Shown piece by piece: positions 36,040-46,220 of a stretch of 64,000 bases of DNA. The position numbers were made by a program, and so were the translations under genes. A model generated the notes under the pieces. It saw nothing but the letters and a program-made list of their open reading frames with translations. It made no database searches and was not told the origin of the DNA. Numbering within the stretch: the stretch's first letter is position 1; each line of letters opens with the position of its first letter. Location of the stretch: positions 560-64,559 of the forward strand of contig CAZLYW010000001.1 in NCBI GenBank assembly GCA_964563915.1. Direction: 5' to 3'. The DNA comes from an uncultured Candidatus Peribacteria bacterium (GTDB lineage Bacteria > Patescibacteriota > Gracilibacteria > Peribacterales > Peribacteraceae).

Positions 36040-36999
36040 TTACCCCGCCTTCCCATGAAACTTCTTATGCACTTCTTTTAAGCGGGGATTCGTGACGTGC
36101 GTATAGATCTGAGTCGTCGAGAGATCCTTATGTCCTAGCATTTCCTGGACTGACCTCAGGTCGGCGCCATTCCTGAGAAGGTCGGTCGCGAAGGAGTGTC
36201 GAAGAGTGTGCGGTGACGGATCGCTGACAATGCCTGCTTGGCGCGCGTACTTTTTAACGGTGCCGTAGATCGAGATCCGCGAGAGACGGAATTCCTCGCC
36301 CGGCGGCATCGCGTTTGACGCTTTGCCGTGATTGCGGATGAACAGGGGATTGAGGTGATCCAAACGGCAGTCGAGATACTCTTTGAGGGCATCGACGGCC
36401 CGATCACTGATGAAGACCACCCGGATCTTGCCACGCTTGCCGCGGACGGAGATCTCACGCGTCGTGAAATTCACATCCTTGCGGTTGAGCCCCCGCAGTT
36501 CGGCAAGGCGCAGCCCGGTCGAGAAGAACAGATGCAGCATCGCCGCGTCGCGCTTCCCCTCCTTTGTGGACGTATTCGGAGCCGTCAGGAGGCGCTCGAG
36601 CTCCTCATGGAAGAGCACTTTGATTTTCCGCTGCTCCTCTTTGAAGCGCGTCACTCTATCCGATGAATAGACATCTATTTCTTCTTCGCGGGTCAAATAG
36701 CGCAGAAATGCGCGGAGAATGGTCAGATGGTGGTTTTTGGTCCGTATCGTGAGCTCTTTACCGCTCCTAGCTCGATATGAATGCAACGCCGACTTGTAGA
36801 TTCGAATGGAACTTTTATTGAAGAGTCGGGGATCGATGACGTCACTCAGCCGAAGGAGAAGATGAAGCGACTCGCGATAGGCACTGATCGTCAGTGGAGA
36901 TTTATTTTCTTCCGCTTTCAGGAAGGTTAGGTACCGGTCGATGGCCTTCGACAAAGCATTGGGTGTACGAGCCAGCGGGCGAGGGGAGGAGTTATCCAC
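36040..36999 (-). CDS. tyrosine site-specific recombinase, XerC/XerD family
   Basis: Has HTLRHSFATDLL and LGHKDLSTTQIYTHV (catalytic Tyr). GTG start. Confidence 0.85.
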   Translation of the reverse strand: MDNSSPRPLARTPNALSKAIDRYLTFLKAEENKSPLTISAYRESLHLLLRLSDVIDPRLFNKSSIRIYKSALHSYRARSGKELTIRTKNHHLTILRAFLRYLTREEEIDVYSSDRVTRFKEEQRKIKVLFHEELERLLTAPNTSTKEGKRDAAMLHLFFSTGLRLAELRGLNRKDVNFTTREISVRGKRGKIRVVFISDRAVDALKEYLDCRLDHLNPLFIRNHGKASNAMPPGEEFRLSRISIYGTVKKYARQAGIVSDPSPHTLRHSFATDLLRNGADLRSVQEMLGHKDLSTTQIYTHVTNPRLKEVHKKFHGKAG

Positions 37000-37026
37000 A
37001 GGACTTACTACTTATCATAATGCATT

Positions 37027-37650
37027 TTATGTTAATAATTGCATCAACACAAGCAAGTCCACACCAATGGCTTCCCGTAGCAGATTTCTCGCAGTAAACA
37101 GGAGTGTCGGCGGATGATCTACCGGGTACGTCGGGAGATCCCATCTCTGGATGTGCGCTATCATCCGAATGCGAGCGAGGTGATAGCCGTCACTGATGGC
37201 GAGCACGCTGCGGCAGTCTTCTGTCAAGGCTCGGGTGTACAGGAGGTTCTCCCAGGTGCTGTTCGAACGCTCTTCGAGCGTGATGCGCTGCGGTGGAATG
37301 CCAATCGACACCGCGTACTCCCTCATTGCCTGTGCTTCGCTCTTCGTATTGCCGACTCCCCTCCCCCCGGAGAAGAAGAGTCGGTGGAGTCTCCCCGCGT
37401 TCAACAGCTCTGCAGCAGTCGAGACTCTTCGCGCGATCCCCGGCCCCGCAGTGAGGTCGATGACGTCTCCCGCACTGTTCCAGATCGGCCGGACCGCGGC
37501 GCCGAAGACGATGGCGCAGTCCGCAGTTTCTACGCCGGTCCCGCCCATTCGCTGCACGACGTAGAGGACCGTGGTGAAGTAGAACATGGCGAGGGGAAGA
37601 GCAAAAAAAATCAGAAGGCGCCGGAGAGTATGGAGGATCGTGTGAGTCAC
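37027..37650 (-). CDS. DUF218 (YdcF/SanA/ElyC-like) protein
   Basis: N-terminal TM, then IVFGAAV...FFSGGRG...EAQAMREY...ITLEERSNSTWEN, typical of DUF218. Confidence 0.75.
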   Translation of the reverse strand: MTHTILHTLRRLLIFFALPLAMFYFTTVLYVVQRMGGTGVETADCAIVFGAAVRPIWNSAGDVIDLTAGPGIARRVSTAAELLNAGRLHRLFFSGGRGVGNTKSEAQAMREYAVSIGIPPQRITLEERSNSTWENLLYTRALTEDCRSVLAISDGYHLARIRMIAHIQRWDLPTYPVDHPPTLLFTARNLLREAIGVDLLVLMQLLT

Positions 37651-37701
37651 TGTTCCAGTATAGGTGAGAAAAAAATACCAAGCATGAGTAGTGTGAATGT
37701 T

Positions 37702-39312
37702 TCACTGCGGCAGTATCAGGATATTGGACGGAATCGAGGGCAGCACTCTTCCCCACGGTGGCCACAGACGGATCTCGACGCGATCGACCTCGGGGAAGTT
37801 GCGGAGGATCCGCTGGGCATCGTGGACGGAGAGACCAGCGATCGCACCGCGCACCTTCTTGCCGAATGTGGCGCCGAGCGGGGAGAGGGGGTCCAGAACG
37901 AATTGCTCCGTCCCGGTGATATCAGCAGTGACCTTGATCCACGCACCTGTATAGCGGTTGCGCGGTGAACCGTCGTCTGCGTACTCGATGACGATGACCT
38001 TCTCGGGATCGATGTGGACGGAACCGGGCAGGAGGCGCTTGCCCTCCCCCGCGTGCGCCTGGAGCTCCTTGCTGTACGACGCTATGAGCAGCTGCAGATC
38101 GTAGGCGGGAACGCTGTAGAGTAGTTCGCCTGCAATCGGCACCGACTTCACCGGCTGGCCGAGGAACGCGGTCGGGAGAACGAAGCCGCTGGTGGTCGCA
38201 AGAATGAGGTCGTCTTTGGCGAGGAGTTCGATGCGGGCAGAGGGGTCACGGGCGCTCTGCAGCTGACGCTCCTCCTCGACCAGCTGCTTGGCGGCCAGCA
38301 GGAGCTCCTGCTCTAGACGTGTACGACCCGCTTCGAGGTCTTTCTGCTGCAGGACGGTGCGCTCGGCCGTCGTGCCACCCTTGGCTGCATCCGGATTCTT
38401 CGCGTACACGATTTTGCGGTCTGCGACGGGAAGTCCGATGAACTCCCACTGGAGGCCGGCCGGAACGTTGCCCCGGGCACCGATGATCTTGTTGTAGAGG
38501 TCCAGGTGATCGGCTTTCGCGGGAATCGTCCGCTGCTCGCGCGCCGGCACCGTCACCGGCGCCTGGATCCGGAAGATCATCCCCGCCTGATTCAGGAGCC
38601 GCGTTCCCGCGCGGAATGAGTACGCTTCCTTCGACTCATTGATGATCGTCATGTCCGTGCGCGCATCGGTGCCTGTGAACTCCGGACTGATGTCGTCGAA
38701 CGTAAGGGACTTTTCCACGCGTACCGCGATCGTCTGGAGCGGCTGGACGCGGACGCGGCCAGAGACGGGAATGCGGGAGCCCGACGCAACCAGCGTGACG
38801 TTCATCGTGAGCGTGACAATGTCCGACCGGGGCCACACCCGCACGTCAGCTGAAGGGAGCAGCCGGAAGAAGACGAACAGGAACAGTCCGAGACTGAGGA
38901 ACACGAGTGTGAGGATGCGGGCCTTCGGCACCGAGAGGAGACCGACGGTCTGGAGTTTCGACCGCCACTGCTGCCGCCAGAGACTGGGAGAAAAGTAACG
39001 GAGTGCTTCAGCGCTCCGGGGATTGTCCGAGAGGAGGGCACGGAGCTTCCGAGTCTTGCCGAGCACCCGGATCCCCCGCCCCCGCGCGTCGCGTATCACC
39101 GCCGGCTCCTTGGTTGCGAGCGTCGTTCGGTAGCGCAACTTCGCCAGTTCTTCTAAAAAATGCGCCCGATCCTCCTGCTGGAGCAGGAACGTGTTGTCCG
39201 CGCTCGAGAGCACGACGACCAGATCGCCCCCAGCCTCGCGAATGCGGCGCGCGAAGGCGTTCCAGGATTCCTCCTCAGCACGCCAAAGCACGGTGATTTT
39301 CGAATCCGGCAT
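37702..39312 (-). CDS. hypothetical membrane-anchored protein
   Basis: 536 aa: a cytoplasmic N-domain of about 130 aa, one TM (ILTLVFLSLGLFLFVFF) and a large beta-rich exodomain. No family recognised. Confidence 0.55.
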   Translation of the reverse strand: MPDSKITVLWRAEEESWNAFARRIREAGGDLVVVLSSADNTFLLQQEDRAHFLEELAKLRYRTTLATKEPAVIRDARGRGIRVLGKTRKLRALLSDNPRSAEALRYFSPSLWRQQWRSKLQTVGLLSVPKARILTLVFLSLGLFLFVFFRLLPSADVRVWPRSDIVTLTMNVTLVASGSRIPVSGRVRVQPLQTIAVRVEKSLTFDDISPEFTGTDARTDMTIINESKEAYSFRAGTRLLNQAGMIFRIQAPVTVPAREQRTIPAKADHLDLYNKIIGARGNVPAGLQWEFIGLPVADRKIVYAKNPDAAKGGTTAERTVLQQKDLEAGRTRLEQELLLAAKQLVEEERQLQSARDPSARIELLAKDDLILATTSGFVLPTAFLGQPVKSVPIAGELLYSVPAYDLQLLIASYSKELQAHAGEGKRLLPGSVHIDPEKVIVIEYADDGSPRNRYTGAWIKVTADITGTEQFVLDPLSPLGATFGKKVRGAIAGLSVHDAQRILRNFPEVDRVEIRLWPPWGRVLPSIPSNILILPQ

Positions 39313-39330
39313 GTAGCAAAAAGAATAGCA

Positions 39331-40557
39331 CTACTGTTCCTTCCGCAGAGCCTCGATTGCGGGGAACGGCCTCCCGCCGATGAACTCGAGCATCGCTCCT
39401 CCTCCCGTACTCACGAACGAGTACGCGTCGAGTGGGTACTTGTACCGGACGTGAAAATCGATCGTGTCTCCGCCGCCGATCACCGAACATGCTCCTGTGG
39501 CAGTGGCGCTCGCCACGGCCTCGGCGATGCGCTTGCTGGCGTGCGAGAAGCGATTGATCTCGTAGAGGCCCAGCGGACCGTTCCAGATGATCGTCTTCGC
39601 TTTCGCGATGACTTGCTTGTAGCGCTCCACAGTCACTTTGCCGACGTCGAAGATGCTCATGTCGCCTTCGATATCTTCAACAGGGAGGCAAATCTTTTCT
39701 GCGCCGTCCACGGCATCGCTTGCGACAATCGCGTCCCGCGGCACGTGGATCGCCGCGCGGCCCTTCTTCTCCGATTCCAGCATAATCTCCTGTGCTTTCT
39801 CGATGGCGTCCTCTTCGTACTTCGACGCACCGACGTCGAAACCGCGCGCGGCGATGAACGTGTTGGCGATGCAGCCACCGAGGAGAATGTCATCCCCTTT
39901 CGTGAGGAAACGTTCGATGACCGGAATTTTCGTCTCCATCTTGGCGCCGCTGATGATCAGCACGAGTGGGCGCGCGGGATGTTGGAGGACGTTCCCGAGC
40001 ATGGTCACTTCCTTTTCCAAGTGTATCCCCGCGTACGCTGGCAGGAGTTGTGCAACGGCGCAGGTGCTCGCTTCTTCGTACTCGTGGCAGGAGGCGAACG
40101 CCTCGTTGACGTAGAGATCGGCGAGCGCGGCGAGTTGCTTGCCCATCTTCTTCTGCTGCTCGGGAGTCCCTTCTTCCCCCGAAAGGAATCGGACGTTCTC
40201 CAGGTACAGAATTTCTCCGTTCTTGAGTCCCCGAGCCGCATTCTCCACCTCTGGCCCGACGGTCTTCGGCGTGTGCATGACCGAAACGCCCGTGAGGAGA
40301 GTTCCCAAGTGCTCCGCGACGGTGATGGTCGAGAGCTGGGGATCGACCTTCCCTTTGGGTCGACCGACGTGCGTCATGAGGATCAGCCGAGCTCCTTGCT
40401 TCAGAAGATGCTCAATCGTGGGAAGCGTTGCCCGAATCTTCTCGTCATTCTTCAATGAGCCATCCTCCTTGGTGGTCACATTGTGGTCGACGCGGACGAG
40501 GACGCGTTTGCCCTCGACCTTCGCGCCCGTGAGGCGGCGGATGGCGGTTTTCGGCAT
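39331..40557 (-). CDS. pgk: phosphoglycerate kinase
   Basis: Has RVDHNV, the GRPKG motif and VIGGGDT. Confidence 0.95.
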   Translation of the reverse strand: MPKTAIRRLTGAKVEGKRVLVRVDHNVTTKEDGSLKNDEKIRATLPTIEHLLKQGARLILMTHVGRPKGKVDPQLSTITVAEHLGTLLTGVSVMHTPKTVGPEVENAARGLKNGEILYLENVRFLSGEEGTPEQQKKMGKQLAALADLYVNEAFASCHEYEEASTCAVAQLLPAYAGIHLEKEVTMLGNVLQHPARPLVLIISGAKMETKIPVIERFLTKGDDILLGGCIANTFIAARGFDVGASKYEEDAIEKAQEIMLESEKKGRAAIHVPRDAIVASDAVDGAEKICLPVEDIEGDMSIFDVGKVTVERYKQVIAKAKTIIWNGPLGLYEINRFSHASKRIAEAVASATATGACSVIGGGDTIDFHVRYKYPLDAYSFVSTGGGAMLEFIGGRPFPAIEALRKEQ

Positions 40558-40625
40558 GACGCTAGTGTAATGGTCGTTCGGGAAGTTTCAATGCACCGCG
40601 CAGACGATCGACGTATCATGGGCAC

Positions 40626-41648
40626 GTGATTCTCCTCCTGGTCATTCCCCTGTCGGTCTTTGCAGTAACGCTCGTTCTCCACGCAGCGTCGCTGGTCATG
40701 TTCCCCCGACTCGGCCTCCTGGATTTCCCCAAGCGGTACGGACTCTCCCGCCACCCAATCCCCTATCCCACGGGAATACTTGCGGTGATCATCTTCACGA
40801 TCTTCTTCGCCGTTCTGGAACCGCTCACGACGGAACATACTGCGCTGCTCTTGGGAATCATCCTCTTGGCCGCCGTTTGCTTTGTGGACGATCGCACTCC
40901 TCTCTCGCCCGCGCTCCGCATCTCCGTGCAAGCACTCACCGCGCTCGTACTCGTTCTGGGAGGGATCCGCATCGATGCGGTCACCAATCCCCTCCCCGGC
41001 CTCTGGAGCGATGCCGGCAGCCTGACGCTCGATGCAGGCTGGGCGTTCGGTTTCAGCATCGCCTTCACAATCCTGTGGCTCCTCTTCACGATCAACGCGC
41101 TCAACTGGTTCGACGGCATCCCGGGTCAAGTGAGCACACTCTCGACGATCGCCTTCTTGACGATCGGCTTCCTCTCGCTGAGTGAGCGGGTGAACCAGCC
41201 GTCGCTCGCGCTGCTCGCCTTCATCCTCGCGGGCATCAGCCTGGCAGCGTTCCTCTTCGACGTTCCGCCACCGAAGGTGTTGATGGGCGATACGGGCGCG
41301 ATGTTCTTCGGGCTGATGATCGGTGTGCTGACGATGTATTCCGGCGGCAAAGTCGCGACGGCATTCCTCGTCCTGGGAGTGCCGCTGATCGATCTGCTGT
41401 TCGTCGTGATCAGAAGGCTGCGTCGAGGCCAGGCTCCCTGGAAGGGCGACGCATCGGACCAGCACCTTCATCATCGGCTGCTGAAGAAGGGGTGGTCCCC
41501 GCGAAAGATCATTCTCCTGACGGCGTCGATAGGGGCGCTGTTTGGAATCACCGCGCTCTTCCTCGATACATGGGAAAAGGTTGCTGCCGGTATTGTGCTC
41601 CTCATCGTGATGACAGCACTTTCTCTCTATTCCAAGCCCCAACTCTAA
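40626..41648 (+). CDS. polyprenyl-phosphate N-acetylhexosamine-1-phosphate transferase (WecA/TagO, GT4 MraY-like family)
   Basis: Polytopic, with NALNWFDGIPG and MGDTGAMFFG motifs. GTG start. Confidence 0.85.
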   Translation: MILLLVIPLSVFAVTLVLHAASLVMFPRLGLLDFPKRYGLSRHPIPYPTGILAVIIFTIFFAVLEPLTTEHTALLLGIILLAAVCFVDDRTPLSPALRISVQALTALVLVLGGIRIDAVTNPLPGLWSDAGSLTLDAGWAFGFSIAFTILWLLFTINALNWFDGIPGQVSTLSTIAFLTIGFLSLSERVNQPSLALLAFILAGISLAAFLFDVPPPKVLMGDTGAMFFGLMIGVLTMYSGGKVATAFLVLGVPLIDLLFVVIRRLRRGQAPWKGDASDQHLHHRLLKKGWSPRKIILLTASIGALFGITALFLDTWEKVAAGIVLLIVMTALSLYSKPQL

Positions 41649-41670
41649 CCATAGCTCTAGCCCCAGTCTT

Positions 41671-42000
41671 GTGAAGTACCACCTGATCGTCTACGTCCCC
41701 GTCCAGAATGCCGACGCTATCCGCGCCGTCCTCGCGGCTTGCGGCGCCGGGCGCATCGGCAACTACGATGCGTGTTCGTTCTCCGCCCGCGGCACCGGAC
41801 GGTTCCGACCGTTGAAGGGAGCCGATCCGCATATCGGGAATGTGGGATCAGTCGAAGAGGTCGAGGAGGAAAGAATTGAAGTCGTTGTTTCAGATGATAC
41901 GGATATGAAGGAGCTCCTGCAGGAAATCAGGAAGGCTCACCCGTACGAAGAACCTGCCATTCATATCCTGCCCATGGCCGACGAGCATCAATTCTCCTGA
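41671..42000 (+). CDS. small alpha/beta protein resembling the NIF3-cap / COG3323 PII-like family
   Basis: 109 aa. The pattern YVPVQNADAIRAVL...GNYDACSF...GRFRPLKGADPHIGNVG...VEEERIEVVV...HPYEEPA is as in that family. Assignment is from memory only. Confidence 0.45.
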   Translation: MKYHLIVYVPVQNADAIRAVLAACGAGRIGNYDACSFSARGTGRFRPLKGADPHIGNVGSVEEVEEERIEVVVSDDTDMKELLQEIRKAHPYEEPAIHILPMADEHQFS

Positions 42001-42050
42001 ACACAAAACATCAAACAAAACAGAGGGGCGCGAACAAAGAACATGGCGGC

Positions 42051-43490
42051 TCATCGCACGTATTTCATCGGCTCACTGATATCTTTCGTCGGCTGCACTT
42101 GCACCACGACGGTCTGCTCGCCGAGCGGCAGCATCTCGACGGAGAAGACTCCATTGCGGAAGTCGGAGAGCGAAACGTCGGACGGTTTGAATTCCGCGCG
42201 TCCGTAGGCGGTCTGCAGATGCAGTGTGTGCTTCGATGACGGTTTCACCACGAGACGCCCGCCCCCGTCGAGGAGCATCAACGTGAGTCTCTCCCACCCA
42301 CGCGCTTTGCCGTAGGTGCCGTCGTGACTGATGCGGACGCTCTTGACCGTACCAACCCCCCCCGCCGGGGCAGCTGGTGACGATGAGACGGGAGATGAGG
42401 GAACCGGAATGGGGATCGGCGGAGTGGTATCCGTGAAGGCCACCAAGGTTGTCATGACACTGCTGCTGGTGATGAGCCCTGTCGAACCAGATGTACCGAT
42501 CTTCGCCAGACGTGCGGTCCGGCGATCGGCAACCGTCAGCCGTCGCAGTGAAGAGGAGGATGAGGAGCGACGCACCAACACAGGCGGGACGTACCCTGCG
42601 TACGATTGCACGATGAGCATGGGATCGAACGTGTACTGCTCCACGTTGGCGCGGCCCAGTCCTGCATCGACCGCCTGCGCAAACGTCATCCTCGCCTGCC
42701 GCTGCTCGGCCCCCGTGAACGGCCAGTAAGGATGGAAGGGCGCCTCTGCGCGGTCCATCTGGAAGTGCAGGTGCGGCGCGGAGGCGTTCCCCGTTCTTCC
42801 ACTCAGCCCAATCTGCTCGCCCTTGAGCACGGTGATCCCCTCCTGCACGTGCACGTCGCTGAGGTGCGCGTACACGGAGAAGACGGCAGTCATCTCGCCC
42901 CTCTTCTCCGCATCGGGAATGTTCGGGTGCTTCACGACGATGTACTTCCCAAAGCCGCCCGAGTCATTGCCGACCCGGTAGACGATGCCATTCCCGACCG
43001 AGACCACCGGCGTCCCCTCGGGCACGGCAATATCGAGGCCGGGATGGCTCCCTCTCCCGCGGCCCGTCGTGTATGTCCCGAGGTGCTCGGTGAAGTACAC
43101 CGTGCGGTGTCGCGGATCGGCGGTCGTATCGTCTCCGTGGCGTACGTAGCGGGGAAGAGGCACGAGCAGGTCGTTGGGCACCTGGCGGAACGTGTGCGTT
43201 GAGACAGAACCCCCCAGCGTTGCCCAGCGTTCAACGTCCGGGACGTTCTCCACCGGCGGCACCATCCCCGTGAAGACGATCATCGACTCGCTCCCCTCAC
43301 CCATCACCGACTTCCAGAACACCGCCCAGCCGTGCTGGCCGATCATGTTGCCCGTGACGAAGGCGAAGACCGAGAGCACCGCGATCCAAAAGGTCGCTCG
43401 CTCCGACAGGTACGTGAAGGCATGGGGTTCCCGGTGACGGTAGACGGCACTCAAGGTGAAGCCGACGGTCCGCTTCGATACACTCGTCAT
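42051..43490 (-). CDS. M23-family (LytM) peptidase
   Basis: Has HPGLDIAVPEGTPV and the HLHFQM metal-binding motifs, plus an N-terminal TM. Confidence 0.85.
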   Translation of the reverse strand: MTSVSKRTVGFTLSAVYRHREPHAFTYLSERATFWIAVLSVFAFVTGNMIGQHGWAVFWKSVMGEGSESMIVFTGMVPPVENVPDVERWATLGGSVSTHTFRQVPNDLLVPLPRYVRHGDDTTADPRHRTVYFTEHLGTYTTGRGRGSHPGLDIAVPEGTPVVSVGNGIVYRVGNDSGGFGKYIVVKHPNIPDAEKRGEMTAVFSVYAHLSDVHVQEGITVLKGEQIGLSGRTGNASAPHLHFQMDRAEAPFHPYWPFTGAEQRQARMTFAQAVDAGLGRANVEQYTFDPMLIVQSYAGYVPPVLVRRSSSSSSLRRLTVADRRTARLAKIGTSGSTGLITSSSVMTTLVAFTDTTPPIPIPVPSSPVSSSPAAPAGGVGTVKSVRISHDGTYGKARGWERLTLMLLDGGGRLVVKPSSKHTLHLQTAYGRAEFKPSDVSLSDFRNGVFSVEMLPLGEQTVVVQVQPTKDISEPMKYVR

Positions 43491-43542
43491 GGTGGTATGA
43501 GTTCTCGTATAGTTATTATACTATGTTTTGACATTTTTATCA

Positions 43543-44583
43543 ATGAGTGGTTCAACAAGCTCACCACCGGCTGACACATGCTTCGTTGTGACAAAAAGCG
43601 CTCTGGAGACGCAAAAAACAGGAGCGTCTCTGGCGGCGTCGCTCTACAGGAGTCCGCTGACGATTGCACTCACGGGAGAACTGGGAAGCGGGAAAACCAC
43701 GTTCCTCCAGGGGTTCGCTCGAGCCCTCGGGATCCGTGAACCGCTGACCAGTCCGACGTACGCACTGGAGCAGCGGTACGAGACCCCACGGGGTCCCCTG
43801 GTGCACCTCGATCTCTATCGGCTGACGCAGCCGCAGGCCAACGGTCTGCTCCTGCATACGGCAGACTATTCCGGCATCCGCTGCATCGAATGGTTCGACA
43901 AGCTCAGAGACTGGTCCGAACGCAAACACGTTCCGCTGATTCACATCGCGATGCACGAGACATCCGCGTCAGAGCGTTCTCTCCAGTGCCGCTTCCATGA
44001 TGCGGTGCTCCCCTCCGATCGAGAGATCGCGCAGTGGCGGCGGGACGTACAGCTCCCTGCGCACATCTGCGCCCACTGCGACGTCGTTGCGCATGTCTGT
44101 GACGGGTTCGCTCACGCACTCCTCGAACGCGGACAGATCGTCCGAACGGGAGCGCTCCACCGTGCCGCGCAGGTCCACGATCTCTTCCGGTTCCTCGACT
44201 TCCGACCGGGCGGGCATCCGGACACCACGCATTCCCCCGGAACAATTGCGCACTGGACATCCATCCGTTCTCGGTACCCCGGCCTGCACCACGAGGTGGC
44301 ATGTGCAGAGTACCTGCGCGAACGCGGCTTCACGGTGCTCGCCGATATCGTCGCCGTCCACGGTCTCGCCCATCCTCCAGCGGCAGATGCGGCAGTGGAG
44401 CAGAAACTGCTCTTCTACGCGGACAAGCGCGTGCTGCTCGACCGCGTCGTGACGCTGGATGAACGCTTCGCAGATTTTGCCAAGAGGTATGGGAAGGGGT
44501 CCGTCAGCGACGAAGCGAAGCGGTGGTACGAGATGACCAAGCGGGTAGAAGAAGAACTTTTTCCCGGGGGACCTCCAGTGTGA
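43543..44583 (+). CDS. tsaE: tRNA t6A protein TsaE fused to an HD-domain (YqeK-like) C-terminal half
   Basis: N-terminal half has GELGSGKTTFLQGFARALG and DLYRL. The C-terminal half has His/Asp motifs (AHVC..., QVHDLFRFLD, VHGLAH) typical of HD phosphohydrolases. Confidence 0.7.
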   Translation: MSGSTSSPPADTCFVVTKSALETQKTGASLAASLYRSPLTIALTGELGSGKTTFLQGFARALGIREPLTSPTYALEQRYETPRGPLVHLDLYRLTQPQANGLLLHTADYSGIRCIEWFDKLRDWSERKHVPLIHIAMHETSASERSLQCRFHDAVLPSDREIAQWRRDVQLPAHICAHCDVVAHVCDGFAHALLERGQIVRTGALHRAAQVHDLFRFLDFRPGGHPDTTHSPGTIAHWTSIRSRYPGLHHEVACAEYLRERGFTVLADIVAVHGLAHPPAADAAVEQKLLFYADKRVLLDRVVTLDERFADFAKRYGKGSVSDEAKRWYEMTKRVEEELFPGGPPV

Positions 44584-44594
44584 CGTTGATCATC

Positions 44595-44642
44595 GGTTAC
44601 GAGTTACGGGTTTTGCATTGCGAGTGCCCGAAACCCGCAACC
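44595..44642. repeat. family-B hairpin between convergent genes
   Basis: GTTACGGGTTT...AAACCCGCAAC stem. The 18-mer gtgcccgaaacccgcaac is the exact reverse complement of 24031-24048. Confidence 0.8.
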
Positions 44643-45220
44643 TAGATTCTCCACGGCACCAACTGCTCATACAACACTGTGGAGAGGGCGCCTGATTCCA
44701 GCACGAGCGGCGACGCGACGATGAAGAGCAGCGTGCTTATGAAGCCACAGAGCCACAGCAATTCCGACGACCTCCATGGCCCCGTCGCGTCGCGGACGTC
44801 CGTGAGGTGCTGGCGGATATTCGAGAACACCCAGAGTCCGTGCAAGAGTACTTCGAGCCGCGCCAATCCGATGCCGAGGATCCGGATGAGGATTCTCTCC
44901 AGCCGCACCATGCCGCTCAGGACGAATATGCTCTGCCCATGGTGGAGGTAGAGCGCGAAGCAGAGTGCCAGGGAGAGGAAGAGGAGATCCAGGAGACTCT
45001 CTCGTATGGTCGCGACGATCGTCGTGCCCCAGCGCATCCCATGCACTTCGCGGTACTTCACGATATCGAGCGAGGCGTGGGCGGCGATGAGCAGTGCGAA
45101 TGCGCCGGTGTTCAGCAGGGCGGCAGCGATCACCGTCAGGAGGATCGCCGCCGCGTGGAAGGCGGGGATGCCATCGTGGGCAATCGCGAATGCCCGGACG
45201 TGGTGCGTGCATCTGCGCAT
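44642..45220 (-). CDS. hypothetical polytopic membrane protein
   Basis: Five hydrophobic helices. The start was trimmed to MRRCTHH so it does not overlap the upstream gene. Confidence 0.45.
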   Translation of the reverse strand: MRRCTHHVRAFAIAHDGIPAFHAAAILLTVIAAALLNTGAFALLIAAHASLDIVKYREVHGMRWGTTIVATIRESLLDLLFLSLALCFALYLHHGQSIFVLSGMVRLERILIRILGIGLARLEVLLHGLWVFSNIRQHLTDVRDATGPWRSSELLWLCGFISTLLFIVASPLVLESGALSTVLYEQLVPWRI

Positions 45221-45236
45221 GGAATGGGTATTCACT

Positions 45237-46202
45237 CTATTGTAACACACCGAGGAATTTTCGCAATTCCTCCTCCCCCGTCCGTACACGCTCGCGCATC
45301 GCTGCGAGCATGGCAGGATTCCCCTGCAGGACGCGCAGCCCCGCAAGCTTGTCTCCCTCGGCCTGCGGAATGATCTCGACGGAGAGCCCCAGTGCGATCG
45401 CCGCGAGCGCCCCGTGGTAGCGCTCGGTGATGATGTTCCCGCATCCCCCGAGCAGTTCGGTGAGTCTTGAGAGAGTCCGCACGTGATGGAGGGACGCGGA
45501 AGGACCGATCATTCTGCACAGTTCATCGCAGATCCGTTGTTCTTCCACGGAATCCGGCTGCATCGAGAGAATGAGAACAGTCTCTGGTGTATCGCGCGCG
45601 ACAGTAGCAACGACCGCACTCCGGAAGGCTGACCCGGAATTCATGCGCGGGATCACGGCAAGGATGCTCTCTCTAGGAATGTTCCCGGACGGGCTGATCA
45701 TTCCCAGGATCGGATCGAACGAGAGAACAGCATGTGCATTCCAACCGTTCACCCTCCGTTCGCTCTCGTCGTCGCGCACCGACACAAACGCCGCATGTGC
45801 GACCGTGCTGTGCGCACACCGACGGCTGAAGCCGCCGGCTACCGTATTGTCAAACGGCCCGACCCCCTGAAATGCCAGAATCAGCGGCCTGCGGAACAAT
45901 CGCACGACACACCCGTGCCACCACCAGAGGAGACACGCCGCCGCGGATTCGCTGTCCGTGAAGAGTGACCCGCCGCCGAAGACGACGGCATCGGCGCGGC
46001 GCAGCGCGCGGATGGTCCTCCACCAGGGCATTAGGAGCATCGACCGCAGGCCGAAGGGAAGTCGGGGAACTTCCTGGGGACCCGAGGGAGCCGCGGAGAG
46101 GACGGTCCAGCGGATCTCGGGAAACCGCGTCAGAAAGTATTCCTTCAAGGCTTCATCTCCCAGATTACCGGCACCGTAGTTCCCGATGAGGACACAGTTC
46201 AT
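45237..46202 (-). CDS. polysaccharide pyruvyl transferase (CsaB-like)
   Basis: The N-terminus MNCVLIGNYGAGNLGDEALKEYFL is the hallmark of this family. Confidence 0.7.
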   Translation of the reverse strand: MNCVLIGNYGAGNLGDEALKEYFLTRFPEIRWTVLSAAPSGPQEVPRLPFGLRSMLLMPWWRTIRALRRADAVVFGGGSLFTDSESAAACLLWWWHGCVVRLFRRPLILAFQGVGPFDNTVAGGFSRRCAHSTVAHAAFVSVRDDESERRVNGWNAHAVLSFDPILGMISPSGNIPRESILAVIPRMNSGSAFRSAVVATVARDTPETVLILSMQPDSVEEQRICDELCRMIGPSASLHHVRTLSRLTELLGGCGNIITERYHGALAAIALGLSVEIIPQAEGDKLAGLRVLQGNPAMLAAMRERVRTGEEELRKFLGVLQ

Positions 46203-46220
46203 GGGGAAAGTATACGCGAC

